A DNA stretch of 63,991 nt, filler included, from Octopus bimaculoides (lineage: Eukaryota): assembly GCF_001194135.2 (NCBI RefSeq). It is 6 parts of 5 records of this genome, joined end to end, with 100 filler letters (N's around TTAATTAATTAA, not from the genome) between each part and the next. Parts side by side here need not be neighbours in the genome. Positions count along the whole stretch, not along the records: positions 61,773 to 63,991 come from NW_026390299.1; 5 more parts are not named here. One strand, written 5' to 3'. Of this stretch, positions 62,358-63,991 are shown in pieces. The stretch's first letter is position 1. Each line of letters starts with the position of its first letter. The position numbers were made by a program, and so were the translations under genes. The notes under the pieces are model-generated. The model was not told the DNA's origin, made no database searches, and saw nothing but the letters and a program-made list of their open reading frames with translations.

Positions 62358-62782
62358 NNNNNNNNNNNNNNNNNNNNNNNNNNNNNNNNNNNNNNNNNNN
62401 NNNNNNNNNNNNNNNNNNNNNNNNNNNNNNNNNNNNNNNNNNNNNNNNNNNNNNNNNNNNNNNNNNNNNNNNNNNNNNNNNNNNNNNNNNNNNNNNNNNN
62501 NNNNNNNNNNNNNNNNNNNNNNNNNNNNNNNNNNNNNNNNNNNNNNNNNNNNNNNNNNNNNNNNNNNNNNNNNNNNNNNNNNNNNNNNNNNNNNNNNNNN
62601 NNNNNNNNNNNNNNNNNNNNNNNNNNNNNNNNNNNNNNNNNNNNNNNNNNNNNNNNNNNNNNNNNNNNNNNNNNNNNNNNNNNNNNNNNNNNNNNNNNNN
62701 NNNNNNNNNNNNNNNNNNNNNNNNNNNNNNNNNNNNNNNNNNNNNNNNNNNNNNNNNNNNNNNNNNNNNNNNNNNNNNNNNN

Positions 62783-62881
<99 letters not shown>

Positions 62882-62890
62882 CAGAGAGGA
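61780..62890. repeat. Mixed GGT/GTT/CAA/AAT trinucleotide tracts and long (GA)n
   Basis: Directly visible; source of the poly-T/N/I/ER ORFs. Confidence 0.93.
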
Positions 62891-63368
62891 ATAGGCAGAA
62901 GAATGCGGCAAGGAAAACAGGAGTCGGAGGAAGAGGAGGAGCCGGGAGTCAGACGGTGGTATAAGAGGGGTTAGGTGGAAAGATTGTGGCTCTGGGATCG
63001 AATAGTGACAGGGGTGGAGACCTTGGTGTTCCGCGTCTAATTTATGGTGATTTTGTATGTTAGCAAGGTGACACCATAAATCAGATTCTCAACACGGCCG
63101 CCATTTTGTGGTGTTAACTGTGCGCCTTGGGAATGGCGGTGTACAGTGTGTGTATGTGTGTGTGTGTGTATATTTGTCAGTGTGTGTTTGTATGTGTTTG
63201 TGTGTATGCATGTGTGTGTGTGTGTNNNNNNNNNNGTTTACGCTTATGCGTGTGTGTGTGTTCATGTGTATGCTTGTGTTTGTGTGTATGCATGTGTGTG
63301 TGTGTTTACAGTCTAAATAGAATATTCCAAATAATATCAAGCTGACTTGTTCTCTACGCTTCTAATAT

Positions 63369-63579
63369 CAGTTTCAAATGTTTGCACGAAGCCAGCAATT
63401 TTGGGAAGGGGAAGGGGGTAAGTCGATTAGATCGACCCCCATTACTCAACTAGTACTTATTTAATCGACTTGGAAAAGATGAAAGGCAAAGTCGACCTCG
63501 GCGGAGTTTGAACTCATGACATAAAGCCGGATCAAATGCCGCCAAGCATTTTGACCGGTGTACCAACGATTCTGCCGCC
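63369..63579 (-). mobile_element. tRNA-derived SINE family 1 with ~19-bp TSD
   Basis: TTCTCTACGCTTCTAATAT (63350-63368) / TTCTCTATACTTCTAATAT (63580-63598). Confidence 0.92.
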
Positions 63580-63991
63580 TTCTCTATACTTCTAATATTA
63601 TTGTTATTTTTATTTTATATTCTTAATGTATTAAAATTACCTCCACTTCTAGAGAAAGTAGACGAATATATTGGAAGCGATTGGTACCGATTTAAATGTT
63701 AAAGGAAGATGATCACACAAGTAAGATATTGTCCGAAATTGACACAAAAGGTAAGACAGTTCCTGAAGACAAGAGAAGAGCCGTGGACATGCTTTTCTAT
63801 CTCAATAAGCGTCTTCAGCATAGCAGTTCCCCTACCTTATATCCAACAATCAAAACAGACATTCTTAAAACTGCCATATTTTTGACGGAGTTAAATTGGT
63901 TTCCACACGCACGCACACGCAAGCACGCACACGCACGCACGCACACGCACGCACGCACACGCACGCACGCACACGCACGCACGCACACGCA

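Larger units (their letters stand above)
57420..63905 (+). pseudogene. SAMD9-like pseudogene, copy F (AlbA_2/SIR2-like to STAND), running to the window end
   Basis: NYFGISEE (57629-57652), HLALP..NWVKCGN (59102-59170), YLEIVA|microsatellite|CVNN (60782-60922), QFKQ..LLF..IIRSFDTY, LHNAAWE (about 61130), IPNNIKLTCSLR (63322-63360), DWYRF/MLKED (63679-63710), DMLFYLN (63786-63806). Collinear with recalled SAMD9 IHFGV, HFP..SWIFCNG, LEIICENE, FYRGG..F..KRDKY, HILWE, PLVIILNCMR, DFYSFMIMK and FLALLN. Confidence 0.58.

Overview
Gappy, very AT-rich eukaryotic (metazoan) genomic DNA packed with microsatellites and transposable elements. The repeat families look like those of an octopus genome, but the organism is inferred, not shown. 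No intact protein-coding gene, genuine tRNA/rRNA gene or CRISPR array is visible. Recognisable elements: three tRNA-headed SINE families (some with clean target-site duplications, TSDs), R4/Dong-type LINE 3' ends sitting in (AAT)n tracts, RTE LINE remnants, Penelope-like remnants with minimal-hammerhead-like motifs, a decayed Ty3/Gypsy element, solo and partial LTRs, a three-copy non-coding LTR-like repeat, a Tx1-type L1 preceded by an ORF1-only (HAL1-like) relative, mariner fragments and a MITE. The main result concerns the 'unique' DNA left between the repeats. By hand translation it resolves into collinear, stop- and frameshift-riddled fragments resembling SAMD9/SAMD9L-family proteins (AlbA_2 - SIR2-like - STAND NTPase - TPR - OB fold). 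About five to six decayed paralogues appear to tile almost the whole window, and one is spread nearly full-length over about 18.6 kb. This assignment rests on motif order and on similarity to the SAMD9 sequence as I recall it, so it needs a profile or tblastn search to confirm. Five 44N-TTAATTAATTAA-44N blocks are assembly spacers.
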